Of a stretch of 64,000 bases of DNA, positions 35,330 to 44,725 are shown piece by piece (the stretch's first letter is position 1; every line of letters starts with the position of its first letter). The notes under the pieces are model-generated. The model did not search any database. It worked only from the letters and a program-made list of their open reading frames with translations, and had not been told where the DNA came from. Source of the stretch: a bacterium (lineage in GTDB: Bacteria; JADJOY01). The position numbers were made by a program, and so were the translations under genes. Location: the NCBI GenBank assembly GCA_046331705.1, contig JAXLQJ010000026.1, positions 1-64,000 of the forward strand, in the 5' to 3' direction.

Positions 35330-37138
35330 ATGGCACCAAGCCGCACGGCTCGAATCCTTCCCGCGTTCGGGCTCCTCGTGAGCCTGGCGATCGTCGCGGG
35401 CTGCCACACCCTCACCACCGTCAGCCCGAACCCTGCCGCCGCCGGCAACAACATCACGCTCACCGGCACCGGCTTCGGCGCCACGCAAGGCGCAGGCGAT
35501 TCCGTCACGTACGACAACCAGAGCATCGCGGTGGTGTCGTGGTCGGACACCCAGATCGTCGCGACGATTCCCGTGAGCAAGCCCGCCGGCACCTACCAGG
35601 TCAAGGTCTACGCGGACAACCAGGCCTCGAGCCCGCTCTCGCACACGCTGCTGCCCGCCGGAACACTGGTCGCGTACAACCTCAAGTTCACCGTCAACCC
35701 GAAGAGCGTGCTGAGCGGCACGCTCAGCTTCAACACCAACTATCCGGCCACACCTTCCGCGTCGGTGACCAACGCCACGGTGGGCACGTGGAACGTGCCG
35801 GCGAGCGGGCGGCTCAGCAGCGCGCCGGGGACCACGCATTCCTTCGCCGTGGTCGGGATGCGTTCGGCCGTCCAGCAGACGTTCAACGTCAGCGCCGACG
35901 ATGGCGCGGGACACGTCGCGAACGCCGGGCCCGTCACCTACACGCCGGCGGCGTTGCCGTCGGACACCCCGCCGTTCACGACGCTGGTCTCCACGCCGGC
36001 CCTCATGCAGCCCGGCTACACCGTGATCACCATGGGCGCCGACGAGTCCGCAGGCGGCGGCAACATCTATGCCTTGGACGCAGCCGGGAAGGTGGTCTGG
36101 TACCACCAGGACTCGAACGTCGGAACCCACATCGTCCAGGGCTCGAACGGTCACTTCTATTTCGTGAAGAGCAAGGGCATCAACGATCCCGCCGCGCCCA
36201 ACGGCACGATCGTCGAGCTCGACAACCTCAACAACGTGGTCAACCAGTGGACCGCGGCGAGCCTCGGCATCGACAGCATGCACCACGACTTCCGCGAGCT
36301 GCCGAACGGTAACTTCCTGGTGATCGCCACCGAGCTGCGCAGCATCGCGGGTTACCCCACCGAGTCGCTGTGCCCGAGCGGCGTGTGCAACGTGGTGGGC
36401 GACGTGATCGTCGAGTTCACGCGGGCTGGCAGCGTCGTGAGCTCGATCCCGCTCCTCGACATCATCGACGTGCACCGCGTGCCGAACTGGGCATCGTTCA
36501 ACAACCCGAACTACAACCTGCTCTACCAGACCAACACGCGCGACGGCATGCGCTGCACGGCCATCCAGTACCTGGAGGCCGACGACTCGGTGCTGGTCTC
36601 CTGCAAGGTGCAGAGCATCATCTTCAAGCTCAACCGCGCCACCCAGTCGATGGACTGGGTGATCGGCGAGGATCTCCCGGACACCACCGTCGACGACGCG
36701 TGGCCGTTCCTGCCGCTGGTCGGCCCCGGGCTCTTGCCGAGCGAGCAGCACGGGCCCGAGATCGTGCCCAACGGCAACCTGATCGTCCTCGACAACGGCG
36801 AGCTGCACGTGCCCCAGGTCTCGCGCTCGGTCGAGTACTCGTTCGACTTCTTGAACGGCAACATCTCGCAGGTCTGGGAGTACATCGATCCAGCCTGGAG
36901 CCCGTCGCTCTACGACTACGGCGGTGGCGACATCGACTACCTGGCGAACGGCAACTACCTGATCTCGAACAACGGTCTGGGCGAGCCGCCGATCCCGTTC
37001 GGACTCAACTGGAGCGAGTACGCCGAGGTGCGCCGATCCGACTCGACGAAGGTCTGGGAGATCATCATCCGCGATCCCGCCGAGACCAAGAACTACACCG
37101 GCTTCGAGGCCAAGCGCATCGGCAGTCTCTACCCCTGA
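35330..37138 (+). CDS. Lipoprotein with IPT/TIG domain and aryl-sulfate sulfotransferase-like beta-propeller
   Basis: Lipobox IVAGC, ITLTGTGFG...WSDTQI (TIG), GKVVWY, MHHDFRELPNGN, EQH, LDNG and SRSVEY motifs. GGAGG before ATG. Confidence 0.8.
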   Translation: MAPSRTARILPAFGLLVSLAIVAGCHTLTTVSPNPAAAGNNITLTGTGFGATQGAGDSVTYDNQSIAVVSWSDTQIVATIPVSKPAGTYQVKVYADNQASSPLSHTLLPAGTLVAYNLKFTVNPKSVLSGTLSFNTNYPATPSASVTNATVGTWNVPASGRLSSAPGTTHSFAVVGMRSAVQQTFNVSADDGAGHVANAGPVTYTPAALPSDTPPFTTLVSTPALMQPGYTVITMGADESAGGGNIYALDAAGKVVWYHQDSNVGTHIVQGSNGHFYFVKSKGINDPAAPNGTIVELDNLNNVVNQWTAASLGIDSMHHDFRELPNGNFLVIATELRSIAGYPTESLCPSGVCNVVGDVIVEFTRAGSVVSSIPLLDIIDVHRVPNWASFNNPNYNLLYQTNTRDGMRCTAIQYLEADDSVLVSCKVQSIIFKLNRATQSMDWVIGEDLPDTTVDDAWPFLPLVGPGLLPSEQHGPEIVPNGNLIVLDNGELHVPQVSRSVEYSFDFLNGNISQVWEYIDPAWSPSLYDYGGGDIDYLANGNYLISNNGLGEPPIPFGLNWSEYAEVRRSDSTKVWEIIIRDPAETKNYTGFEAKRIGSLYP

Positions 37139-37153
37139 TCGAGTGAGCTGGAA

Positions 37154-37195
37154 TCGAGCCCCAGAGCCTCGCGACCGTGAGGCTCTGGGGCTCGA
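37154..37195. terminator. Strong hairpin between convergent genes
   Basis: TCGAGCCCCAGAGCCTC / GAGGCTCTGGGGCTCGA, a perfect 17-bp stem 15 nt after the sulfotransferase-like stop. Confidence 0.7.
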
Positions 37196-37315
37196 CGCGT
37201 TCCGGAGGATTCCGTCGATCCCGCTGGCGGACCGTGGCGGGCAACGGCCAGACCGGCGCGGCGTCCCCACCACTCGCGTGGGCCCGGCGACCCGCTCCGT
37301 CCAGCGCTCGCGAGC

Positions 37316-37816
37316 TCAGCTGTCGCCGACGAAGAGGATCTCGGCCTTCGTGATGTTCTTGCGACGCCGCTGACTGCGCAGGACCTGCATCAGCTCCTGC
37401 AACAACGCCTCGTCAGCGGGGCTGAGGCTCGGATGCTCGACGAGATCGGCAAGCTCCACCTCGAGCGCCGAGATCGGCGTCCCGGGCGAGATGGTCAACA
37501 GAAATCGCCCCGGGCTCACCTCGATGGTGCGCAGCGATTCGATCTCGGAGAGCGGCGGGCACGGCCCGATGAGGATCACCGAGAGCTCGGGGCTCACGGA
37601 TACGAGCTCGACACGAGGCCGCGGCAGCTGACGGCGCTCCGCGAACGAGTCCGCCACCGCCACGATCGCGCGACCGCGGTCCGGCCCGAGCTCCGACAGG
37701 ATCTCGAGCGTTCGATCCGGCAGCGTCACCGTGACCGGCCGCGACGGCTCGTGAAACTTGCGCGGCCGTCCCCTGGGGTTCGGCTTTCGAGGGATTCGGC
37801 TGGTCACGGCGGGCAT
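37316..37816 (-). CDS. Hypothetical DNA-binding protein (AT-hook-like plus ribbon-helix-helix-like N-terminus)
   Basis: RGRPRK followed by VTVTLPDRTLEILSELGPDRGRAIVAVAD. Confidence 0.65.
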   Translation of the reverse strand: MPAVTSRIPRKPNPRGRPRKFHEPSRPVTVTLPDRTLEILSELGPDRGRAIVAVADSFAERRQLPRPRVELVSVSPELSVILIGPCPPLSEIESLRTIEVSPGRFLLTISPGTPISALEVELADLVEHPSLSPADEALLQELMQVLRSQRRRKNITKAEILFVGDS

Positions 37817-37925
37817 CGCTGGTTGGTGCGTGCCGTCGACCACGGCACACCGCGACAACCTATGAGACGCTGCAAGCCGCGTGCAAGCATTATCGTGTAG
37901 AAAAGCATGCTGGTGGTCATTTTCA

Positions 37926-39593
37926 ATGAGCGCTTCCGCACCAGGCGCCGAGCTCGCGCCGGATCCCGAGGGCCTCCCCGCACTGTCGCAGGCGGGCGAA
38001 CGAACGCCTGCGGCGGCGGTCCCGTCGCGGCTGCGGTCGCGGACGCTCGCGCTCGCCGTCGGCCTTGCCCTGGTCGCGGCGGCGCAGGCCGAGATCGGGC
38101 TGCGATTGAGGGCCTGGTACGACGACTTGCGCCTGGACCGCTCGGTGCACCGCCTCGAGGCGCGTAAACCGCCGCCCGAGGGGAAGAAGGTGGCGCTCAC
38201 CGAGATGATCCAGCTCAGCGCCAATCCGCGAATCATCTACGAGCTGATCCCACGTCTGTCCGTGAACTACGTCCGCCCGGTCCACACCAACGGCGCCGGG
38301 TTCCGCAGCCCCGAGATCCCAGTCGCCAAGCCACCGAAGACGGTGCGCCTCGTGGGCCTGGGTGATTCGATCATGTTCGGCTTCGGCGTGGGCGACGACG
38401 AGAGCTTCATGCCGGCGCTCGCGCAGCGATTGAAGGCGCGGCAACCCGAGCTCGACTGGCAGAGCATCAACACGGCCGTGCCCGGCTACAACACGGTCAT
38501 GGAGGTCGAGACGCTGGAGAAGAAGTGCCTCGCGTACGACCCCGACGTGGTGATCGTGAACTTCGTCGGTGGCGACGACGACCTTCCCAACTTCATCCGG
38601 CGGCGCTCCGAGCCGCTCGCCCTCGACAAGTCGTTCCTCGGCGAGTTCCTGCGAGCCCTGCGCAGCGGCAAGCCGGCGCGCGACGACTTCGCGCTCGCCG
38701 ACGCCCCGCGCGCCGACGTCGGCTTCGAAGGCGACCCCGAGAAGGTGCCGCCCGAGTATCGGGACATGGTCGGTTGGCCCGCGTACGAGCGGGCCATGAC
38801 GCGGCTGCGCGACCTGAGCGACGAGCACGGTTTTCGGGTGGTGGTGCTCGGGCATCCGGCCGTGTACACGCAGGTGCGCGAGCTCGCGCGCAGCCTCGGT
38901 TTCCCGGTGGTCGAGTCGCTCAGGTTCATGCACCGCTACATGCGTGAGCACGGCATCGAGAGCGAGCGCGACTTGAGGCTCATCCTCGCCCCCCACGACT
39001 CGCACCCCACGGCCCTGCTGCACGGGGTCATCGCGGATGCGCTGGTCGACGGCCTCGATCGCAGCGGAGTCCTCGCGGAGGTGACCCAGATCCACGACCC
39101 GAGCCGGCGCGGCCTCGACCGCCTCCGCCTCGAGTTCTGGACCCGCTTGCGGGCGGCGTTCGCGCGCGTCCGACCCGGCTACGTCCGCTTCCGGGTCGGA
39201 TGGGATCCGACGATCCGCGTCACCGCCGACGACGCGCGGGTGAATCTCGAGCTGACGGTGGATCGACACGCCCACGAGGCGCGGGTACGGGTGGTCTCAC
39301 CGGTCGTCGCGAGCGCGGGCGGCGCCGCCGACGCGCCAGCCGAGCCTTGCGAGACGATCCGGCAGCAGGTCGAGACCGCGACCGGTGCCCCGGCCGAGGT
39401 CCGCCCCGAATCGACCGATCCGGGTCGCGGGATCGTTTCCGTGACACGCTCCTTCGACCTCGTCGATCGCGCTAGCTGGGACTCGACGCAGGAGTGGATG
39501 GCTCGCACGGCCGTGACGGTCGCGACCCTCGCTCCCCGAGCAGCGCGCTGCACGAGCCCCGAGGGATCGGCCGCGGACGTCGCCGCGCCCTGA
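37926..39593 (+). CDS. SGNH/GDSL hydrolase with an extra C-terminal (DUF4268-like) domain
   Basis: TM anchor, TNGAGFRS, GLGDSIMFG, AVPGY and DSHP motifs. The tail from LEFWTRL to SWDSTQEWM resembles DUF4268. Confidence 0.75.
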   Translation: MSASAPGAELAPDPEGLPALSQAGERTPAAAVPSRLRSRTLALAVGLALVAAAQAEIGLRLRAWYDDLRLDRSVHRLEARKPPPEGKKVALTEMIQLSANPRIIYELIPRLSVNYVRPVHTNGAGFRSPEIPVAKPPKTVRLVGLGDSIMFGFGVGDDESFMPALAQRLKARQPELDWQSINTAVPGYNTVMEVETLEKKCLAYDPDVVIVNFVGGDDDLPNFIRRRSEPLALDKSFLGEFLRALRSGKPARDDFALADAPRADVGFEGDPEKVPPEYRDMVGWPAYERAMTRLRDLSDEHGFRVVVLGHPAVYTQVRELARSLGFPVVESLRFMHRYMREHGIESERDLRLILAPHDSHPTALLHGVIADALVDGLDRSGVLAEVTQIHDPSRRGLDRLRLEFWTRLRAAFARVRPGYVRFRVGWDPTIRVTADDARVNLELTVDRHAHEARVRVVSPVVASAGGAADAPAEPCETIRQQVETATGAPAEVRPESTDPGRGIVSVTRSFDLVDRASWDSTQEWMARTAVTVATLAPRAARCTSPEGSAADVAAP

Positions 39594-39623
39594 GCGTCGG
39601 ATCCCAACCGAGGAGCACGACCG

Positions 39624-40421
39624 ATGACCGCGGAATCCCCAGGAAACCCCGCCACGCTGTTCGCGGTGGCCGGCAAGACGGTGCTCGTCACCGGCGGCTC
39701 GCGCGGCATCGGCTACATGATCGCGCACGGCTTCCTGGCAGCCGGCGCCAAGGTCTACGTCAGCGCGCGCAAGGCGGACGCATGCGAGCGCGCGGCGGCG
39801 CAGCTGGCGGCGAACGGGCCGTGCGTCGCCGTTCCCGCCGACGTGGCGACCGCCGCCGGCGTCGAGGCGCTCGCCGGGGCGATCGCGGCGCGCGAGGGCG
39901 CGCTGCACGTGCTCGTCAACAACGCCGGCGCGACCTGGGGTGCGCCGCTCGAGGAGTACCCGGAGAGCGCATTCGACAAGGTGCTGGGCATCAACGTGAA
40001 GGCGCCGTTCGCGCTGACGGTCGCGCTGCTGCCGCTGCTGCGCGCAGCCGCCAGCGACGCGGACCCGGCGCGGGTGATCAACGTGGGCTCGGTGGACGGG
40101 ATCGCGGTGCCGGTGCAGGAGACCTTCGCGTACTCGTCGAGCAAGGCCGCGCTGCACATGCTGACGCGACACCTGGCGCTCAGGCTCGCGGGCGAGAAGA
40201 TCACGGTCAACGCCATCGCGCCGGGACCTTTCGACAGCAAGATGATGGCGTTCCTGCTCGACAATCCCGAAAGCCGGTCGCTGGTGGCCCAGCACGTGCC
40301 GCTGGGGCGGATCGGGCGGCCGGACGACGTCGCCGGCGTCTCGCTCTTCCTGGCGTCGCGCGCCGGCTCGTACGTGACGGGTGCGGTGATTCCCGTGGAC
40401 GGCGGCCTCACGGCGCGCTGA
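39624..40421 (+). CDS. Short-chain dehydrogenase/reductase
   Basis: TGGSRGIG, NNAG, YSSSK and VDGG motifs. GAGGAG RBS. Confidence 0.95.
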   Translation: MTAESPGNPATLFAVAGKTVLVTGGSRGIGYMIAHGFLAAGAKVYVSARKADACERAAAQLAANGPCVAVPADVATAAGVEALAGAIAAREGALHVLVNNAGATWGAPLEEYPESAFDKVLGINVKAPFALTVALLPLLRAAASDADPARVINVGSVDGIAVPVQETFAYSSSKAALHMLTRHLALRLAGEKITVNAIAPGPFDSKMMAFLLDNPESRSLVAQHVPLGRIGRPDDVAGVSLFLASRAGSYVTGAVIPVDGGLTAR

Positions 40422-40570
40422 TTCCGGGCGCCAAGCGCTGCCACACCGCGCGCATGGCGCGGAACGCGAGCGCTCCGGTATTCTCGATCGAGGCGCGTTG
40501 CGCACGCGCGTCGCATGCCGCGTTCGCGCCGCTTCGTTCGCCCCTTTCCCCGACCGCACCGAGTGAGCCC

Positions 40571-41932
40571 ATGCGTACTCGAATCTCGTCCCCCATCCTC
40601 ACGATCTGCGCAACGGCGACGTTTCTCGCCTCGATCCTCGCGGCCGCACCCGCCAGCGCCGGCCCGCTCCTCGACAAGGCCATCGCCTACAGCGACAACT
40701 GGCAGGAGCGTCACGGCGTGGGCTACGGCTGCCGCGTGGAGACCGTGTGGGCGGACGAGTCCCAGACGGTGCCGGTTCGCTACGAGGACATCGGCGACGC
40801 GGTGAGCTGGACCGGTCCCTACGTCGGCGCCGAGTCGCTGCGCTGGCACGTCACGCGCGACCCACAGGCGAAGATCAACGCGCGCCGCGGCCTCGAATGC
40901 CTGCTCGCCGCCGAGGCCGTGACGTCGAAGCCCGGCTTCGTCGTGCGCAGCGTGACGCCATTCGAAGGCCCCTGGGCCGCGTACGTGGGTGATACCTGCG
41001 AGCCCACGAACAACTGCCACCCGATCACCGACGGCCCGTACGCGGGCGCCTACTGGCTGGGCAACACCAGCTCCGACACGTACATCGGCTGGTTCTACGG
41101 CATGCTGCTCACGTCCGAGTTCCTGCTCGACGAGCCCGGCGACGCGGATACGCGCGCGGCCGTGAGCGGAGCGGTCGAGCGGGTCATGGACGCGCTCATC
41201 GCCGACGACTACTTGATCGTCCTTCCCGACGGGAACCCGAGCGATACCGCGCCCGAGATCACCGGCAACGAACGGATCGCCTTCCACGAGGTCGCCGCCA
41301 GGGTGGTCGGCGGGCGCTTCGCGGACATGATGCCCGCCGTCTATCAGCGCGAGCTGTTCGCCTACCTGCTCAGCACCTGGGCGCCGTTCAACACGTACTT
41401 CCAGTACTTCGCCTACAACCTCGGCCACACCTTGCAGCACACCATCTTGCTGGCCGACTCGCCGAATCCGGACTTCGATCGCTACGTCACCCGCGAGAAC
41501 CTCTACCGCTGGGTGGCGGGCTCGCAACAGAGCTTCTTCGACTTCGTCGCGTGGGGCGAAGGAGCGGCGAGCTACACGGACGCCGACGTGGCGGCCGATC
41601 GCGCGGTGCTGAACGCCGTGCCGTATCCGCCGCGCCTGGCGATCCAGCCCACGCAGGGCGCCTACACCCCCGATCCCGTCGTCGATCTGCTGAACTTCCT
41701 CGGACCGATCATCGCCGAGCTCATCGGGTTGCCAGGCGGCTGGGACGAGATCTCGCCCAAGGCCACCGAGCCCTTCCCGCCAGGCGAGCGCTGCGTGGTT
41801 GGGTTCATGTGGGACAACAATCCCGCCAACGTCTGCGGCGGCTCGAACCCGGTCTTCGAATACGCCGGCGACGACTACCTGATCGCCTACTGGTTGGGGC
41901 GCTATTACGGCCTGCTCAGCGCGGCCGACTGA
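40571..41932 (+). CDS. Secreted hypothetical protein, probably alpha-helical toroid
   Basis: Signal peptide ending ASA, strong GC3 codon bias, motifs WTGPY, SSDTYIG and DYLIAYWLGRYYG. Confidence 0.7.
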   Translation: MRTRISSPILTICATATFLASILAAAPASAGPLLDKAIAYSDNWQERHGVGYGCRVETVWADESQTVPVRYEDIGDAVSWTGPYVGAESLRWHVTRDPQAKINARRGLECLLAAEAVTSKPGFVVRSVTPFEGPWAAYVGDTCEPTNNCHPITDGPYAGAYWLGNTSSDTYIGWFYGMLLTSEFLLDEPGDADTRAAVSGAVERVMDALIADDYLIVLPDGNPSDTAPEITGNERIAFHEVAARVVGGRFADMMPAVYQRELFAYLLSTWAPFNTYFQYFAYNLGHTLQHTILLADSPNPDFDRYVTRENLYRWVAGSQQSFFDFVAWGEGAASYTDADVAADRAVLNAVPYPPRLAIQPTQGAYTPDPVVDLLNFLGPIIAELIGLPGGWDEISPKATEPFPPGERCVVGFMWDNNPANVCGGSNPVFEYAGDDYLIAYWLGRYYGLLSAAD

Positions 41933-41947
41933 GCGTCCACGGCGCCC

Positions 41948-42643
41948 TCACACCCAATGGGCGAGCAAGGGCTCGTCGTCGTGCTCGACGATGCGCGCGA
42001 GTTGCTCGAGCGTGCGCGCCCGTAGCTGCCGCTTCACGACGGCGTAGCCGCCGAGCGCGCTCCATCGCTCGGCCTCGGCGACGGCTTCGTCGAGGAGCGC
42101 GGCGGGCTCGACCACGCGATCGACGATCCGGTCGAGCAGCGGGGAATCGGGCGCGCCGGTCACGGACCCGAGCACGAGCAACCGCTTCTCGGCCGGCGTG
42201 AGCTCGGCGTGGACGATCTCGAGGGGCCCCGCCGGAAACGGCACGCCTGCCCTCGACTCCGTGAGCCCGAGCTTGAACTCGCCACGAGCGGCGAGTCGCC
42301 GATCGCAAGCGAGCGCCATGACGAAGGCGCCGCCGAGCGCGTGCCCGGAGATCGCGGCGATCACCGGTTTGGCCGCGCCGTAGAGCGCCAGCACCATCCG
42401 GTTGACCGTGCGCAGCATCGCGGCGCGCTTCGCAGCGTCGTAAGCCGGGACCTCGCGGGTGTCGACGCCCGCGGAGAAGACACCCGGAACACCGGTGAGA
42501 ACGATGGCCGCGCGGCTCGCGTCCGTCACGGCTTCGCTCACGGCACGCTCGATCTCCGTCGCCACCTCGAGATTGATGGCATTCACCGGGGGACGGCGGA
42601 CGCTCAGGATCCGCACCCGCCCGCGGTCCTCGACCTCGATCAT
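41948..42643 (-). CDS. Enoyl-CoA hydratase/isomerase family protein
   Basis: PPVNAI, FSAGVD, KPVIAAISGHALGGAFVMALACDRR and GLTE motifs. Confidence 0.9.
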   Translation of the reverse strand: MIEVEDRGRVRILSVRRPPVNAINLEVATEIERAVSEAVTDASRAAIVLTGVPGVFSAGVDTREVPAYDAAKRAAMLRTVNRMVLALYGAAKPVIAAISGHALGGAFVMALACDRRLAARGEFKLGLTESRAGVPFPAGPLEIVHAELTPAEKRLLVLGSVTGAPDSPLLDRIVDRVVEPAALLDEAVAEAERWSALGGYAVVKRQLRARTLEQLARIVEHDDEPLLAHWV

Positions 42644-42657
42644 CGGGCGCGGCGCGC

Positions 42658-43395
42658 TCACGACGCCTCGCGCTTGATGGAGACGAGGCGCACCAGGCCA
42701 CGCGCGCCGACTTCGCGACGCACCTCGAAGCTCCGCGCCTCGAGCATCGTCGTCACGTCCTGCGGCGCGAGCCTGAGCTTCGTGTAGGCGCTCACGCGCA
42801 TCTGCCAGCCGCCGTTCGCGCGCTCGTGGAGCACGTCGTGCACCCGCACCGTGGTGGCGTGGTACTCGAGAAAGCACGTGAGGATGCGGTGGTCGTCGCT
42901 GCGCACCGGGATGAAGCGCGCCTCTTGCGCGAGCGGGATCGTGTAATCGCGAAACGAGAGCACGAACGCGCCTCCGGGAACCAGCGCCGCGGCGACCTCG
43001 TCGAACAGCCGCGCGACGGCGCTCGTGTCCAGCAGGTGCGTGAGCGTGTCGCCCATGCAGAGCACCGCGCGCGGAGGCGCCGCGAGCTGGGCCGAAAAGC
43101 CGATCAAGTCCGCGCAGACGATTCGGATGGGGAGCTCGCCGCGCAGCTCGGCGAGCGTGTCGAGCAACAGCGGCGAGCTGTCGACGGCGAGCACGCGCGC
43201 GCCGCGGCGCGCCAGCGGGATGGCGTGGGATCCGAAGCCAGCACCGAGGTCCACGACCTCGTCGTTCGGCGCGAACGGCAGCGCCAGCGCGGCGAGCTCG
43301 GCGCTGGCTGCGCGAAACGCCTCGTCCGCGCCGCCCACCATCCACATGTAGACGGGTGCCAGGAGTTGCTCGTAATGCTCGGTCACCGTCGACAT
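42658..43395 (-). CDS. Class I SAM-dependent methyltransferase
   Basis: VDLGAGFG, CMGDTLTHL and LVPGG motifs. Confidence 0.88.
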   Translation of the reverse strand: MSTVTEHYEQLLAPVYMWMVGGADEAFRAASAELAALALPFAPNDEVVDLGAGFGSHAIPLARRGARVLAVDSSPLLLDTLAELRGELPIRIVCADLIGFSAQLAAPPRAVLCMGDTLTHLLDTSAVARLFDEVAAALVPGGAFVLSFRDYTIPLAQEARFIPVRSDDHRILTCFLEYHATTVRVHDVLHERANGGWQMRVSAYTKLRLAPQDVTTMLEARSFEVRREVGARGLVRLVSIKREAS

Positions 43396-43410
43396 CGGGC
43401 CTCCCTCCGC

Positions 43411-44085
43411 TCAGCGCTCCGCGGTGGACGCGAGCGGCTTCGACGCGAGGACGTAGAGGCGCCGCGTCTCGGCCTCCACCCCCGGGTACGGATCTCGCTC
43501 CACGCACTCCTCGATCCGGAAGCCCGCGGCCTCCAGATGCCCGCGCACGTCCTCGGCGCGGAACAGTCGAAACGTGACGTCGACTCGCCGCCCCCACCAC
43601 TCGGCGAGATGGATCGAGTCGCCGCCGAGGTGGACGGCGACCAGCAGCAGCCCGCCGGGCTCGAGGACGCGGCGCCATTCGCATAGCGTCGGCACGATCT
43701 CCTCGACCGGCAGGTGGATGAGCGAATAGAACGCGACGATTCCGGCCCAGGAGCCGTCGGGCACCGGCAGGTGGCGGAAGTCGCAGCAGTGGAACGCGAT
43801 GTCCGGGTTCAGGCGACGGGCAGCGTCGACCAGCGCTCCCGAAAGATCCCAGCCGGACATCGCGACGCCGCGCTGGTGCAGGTAACGTGCGACGTGGCCC
43901 GGCCCGCAGCCGAGCTCGGCCACCCGATCGCCGGCCGCGAAGCGCGCCGCGAATCGATCCAGCAACGCGCGATCGAATGGCTTGCTCGCCAGCTCGCCGC
44001 TGATGCGTCGCACGTACTCGTCGGCGACCGCATCGTAGGACGCCTCCACTTGCTCGAGCGATTCGATGACCGAGCCTCCCGCCAC
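43411..44085 (-). CDS. Class I SAM-dependent methyltransferase
   Basis: SYDAVADEY, ELGCGPG, AFYSLIH and RVLEPGG motifs. Start uncertain. Confidence 0.88.
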   Translation of the reverse strand: MAGGSVIESLEQVEASYDAVADEYVRRISGELASKPFDRALLDRFAARFAAGDRVAELGCGPGHVARYLHQRGVAMSGWDLSGALVDAARRLNPDIAFHCCDFRHLPVPDGSWAGIVAFYSLIHLPVEEIVPTLCEWRRVLEPGGLLLVAVHLGGDSIHLAEWWGRRVDVTFRLFRAEDVRGHLEAAGFRIEECVERDPYPGVEAETRRLYVLASKPLASTAER

Positions 44086-44255
44086 GCCGTTCGCGGCCCG
44101 ACTATCCCCGGCGCTCGGCGTCCGTCGCAAGCCCCGCCGCACCCCGGACTCTACCGGTGCTCGACCACTCGGCCCAGTCCTCGAGCAGGTCGTCGAGATC
44201 GCTCTGCCGCGCGGACGATCACGGCGCGGCCCCGCGCCTGGCTATCGCCCGCCCG

Positions 44256-44660
44256 TCACGCGCTCGAATCCACGGCTGGCCCCAACAGGTTCGCATCGCG
44301 CGCCAGCACCCAGCGACCTCGCTCCCGCTTCAGGATCGAGAGCGTGTAGCCGGCGCGTGTCCGCGTCGGCCCCCCGTCGGGCGGGGTGATGACGACCGAG
44401 AGCCGCGTCCGCAGGAACGCCCAATCCCCGAGCACCTCGAGCTCCTCGATCTCGCTCGTCCCGGAGATCGTCGGCGCAGTCGCGCCCGCGGCCGCCTGCG
44501 CGGCCGCAGCGAAGCCCGCCTTCGTCATGGGCGGCTGCCCGGGCGCGAGAAACACCGCGTCCTCCGCCATCAGGCCGAGCACGCCTTCGAGGTCTCCCTG
44601 GCGCGTCAGGGTCATCCAGCTCGCCACGAGCTCACGGATCTCGCGCTCGTCGTCGTGCAT
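44256..44660 (-). CDS. NTF2-like protein (SgcJ/EcaC, DUF4440-like)
   Basis: DEREIRELVASW, LMAEDAVFL, GDWAF and GRWVLARDANLL motifs. AAGGAG RBS. Confidence 0.85.
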   Translation of the reverse strand: MHDDEREIRELVASWMTLTRQGDLEGVLGLMAEDAVFLAPGQPPMTKAGFAAAAQAAAGATAPTISGTSEIEELEVLGDWAFLRTRLSVVITPPDGGPTRTRAGYTLSILKRERGRWVLARDANLLGPAVDSSA

Positions 44661-44725
44661 GCGCACACGCTCCTTCTCGACGGGGGAAATCGGACGCACT
44701 CCGTTTGGGTGCCCTCGCCGCGTGC

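Noticed and set aside
37871-37886. Sigma54 promoter TTGCACGCGGCTTGCA on the minus strand
   Set aside because: The near-invariant GG at -24 is TG. It is better explained as a sigma70 -35 box or a direct repeat.
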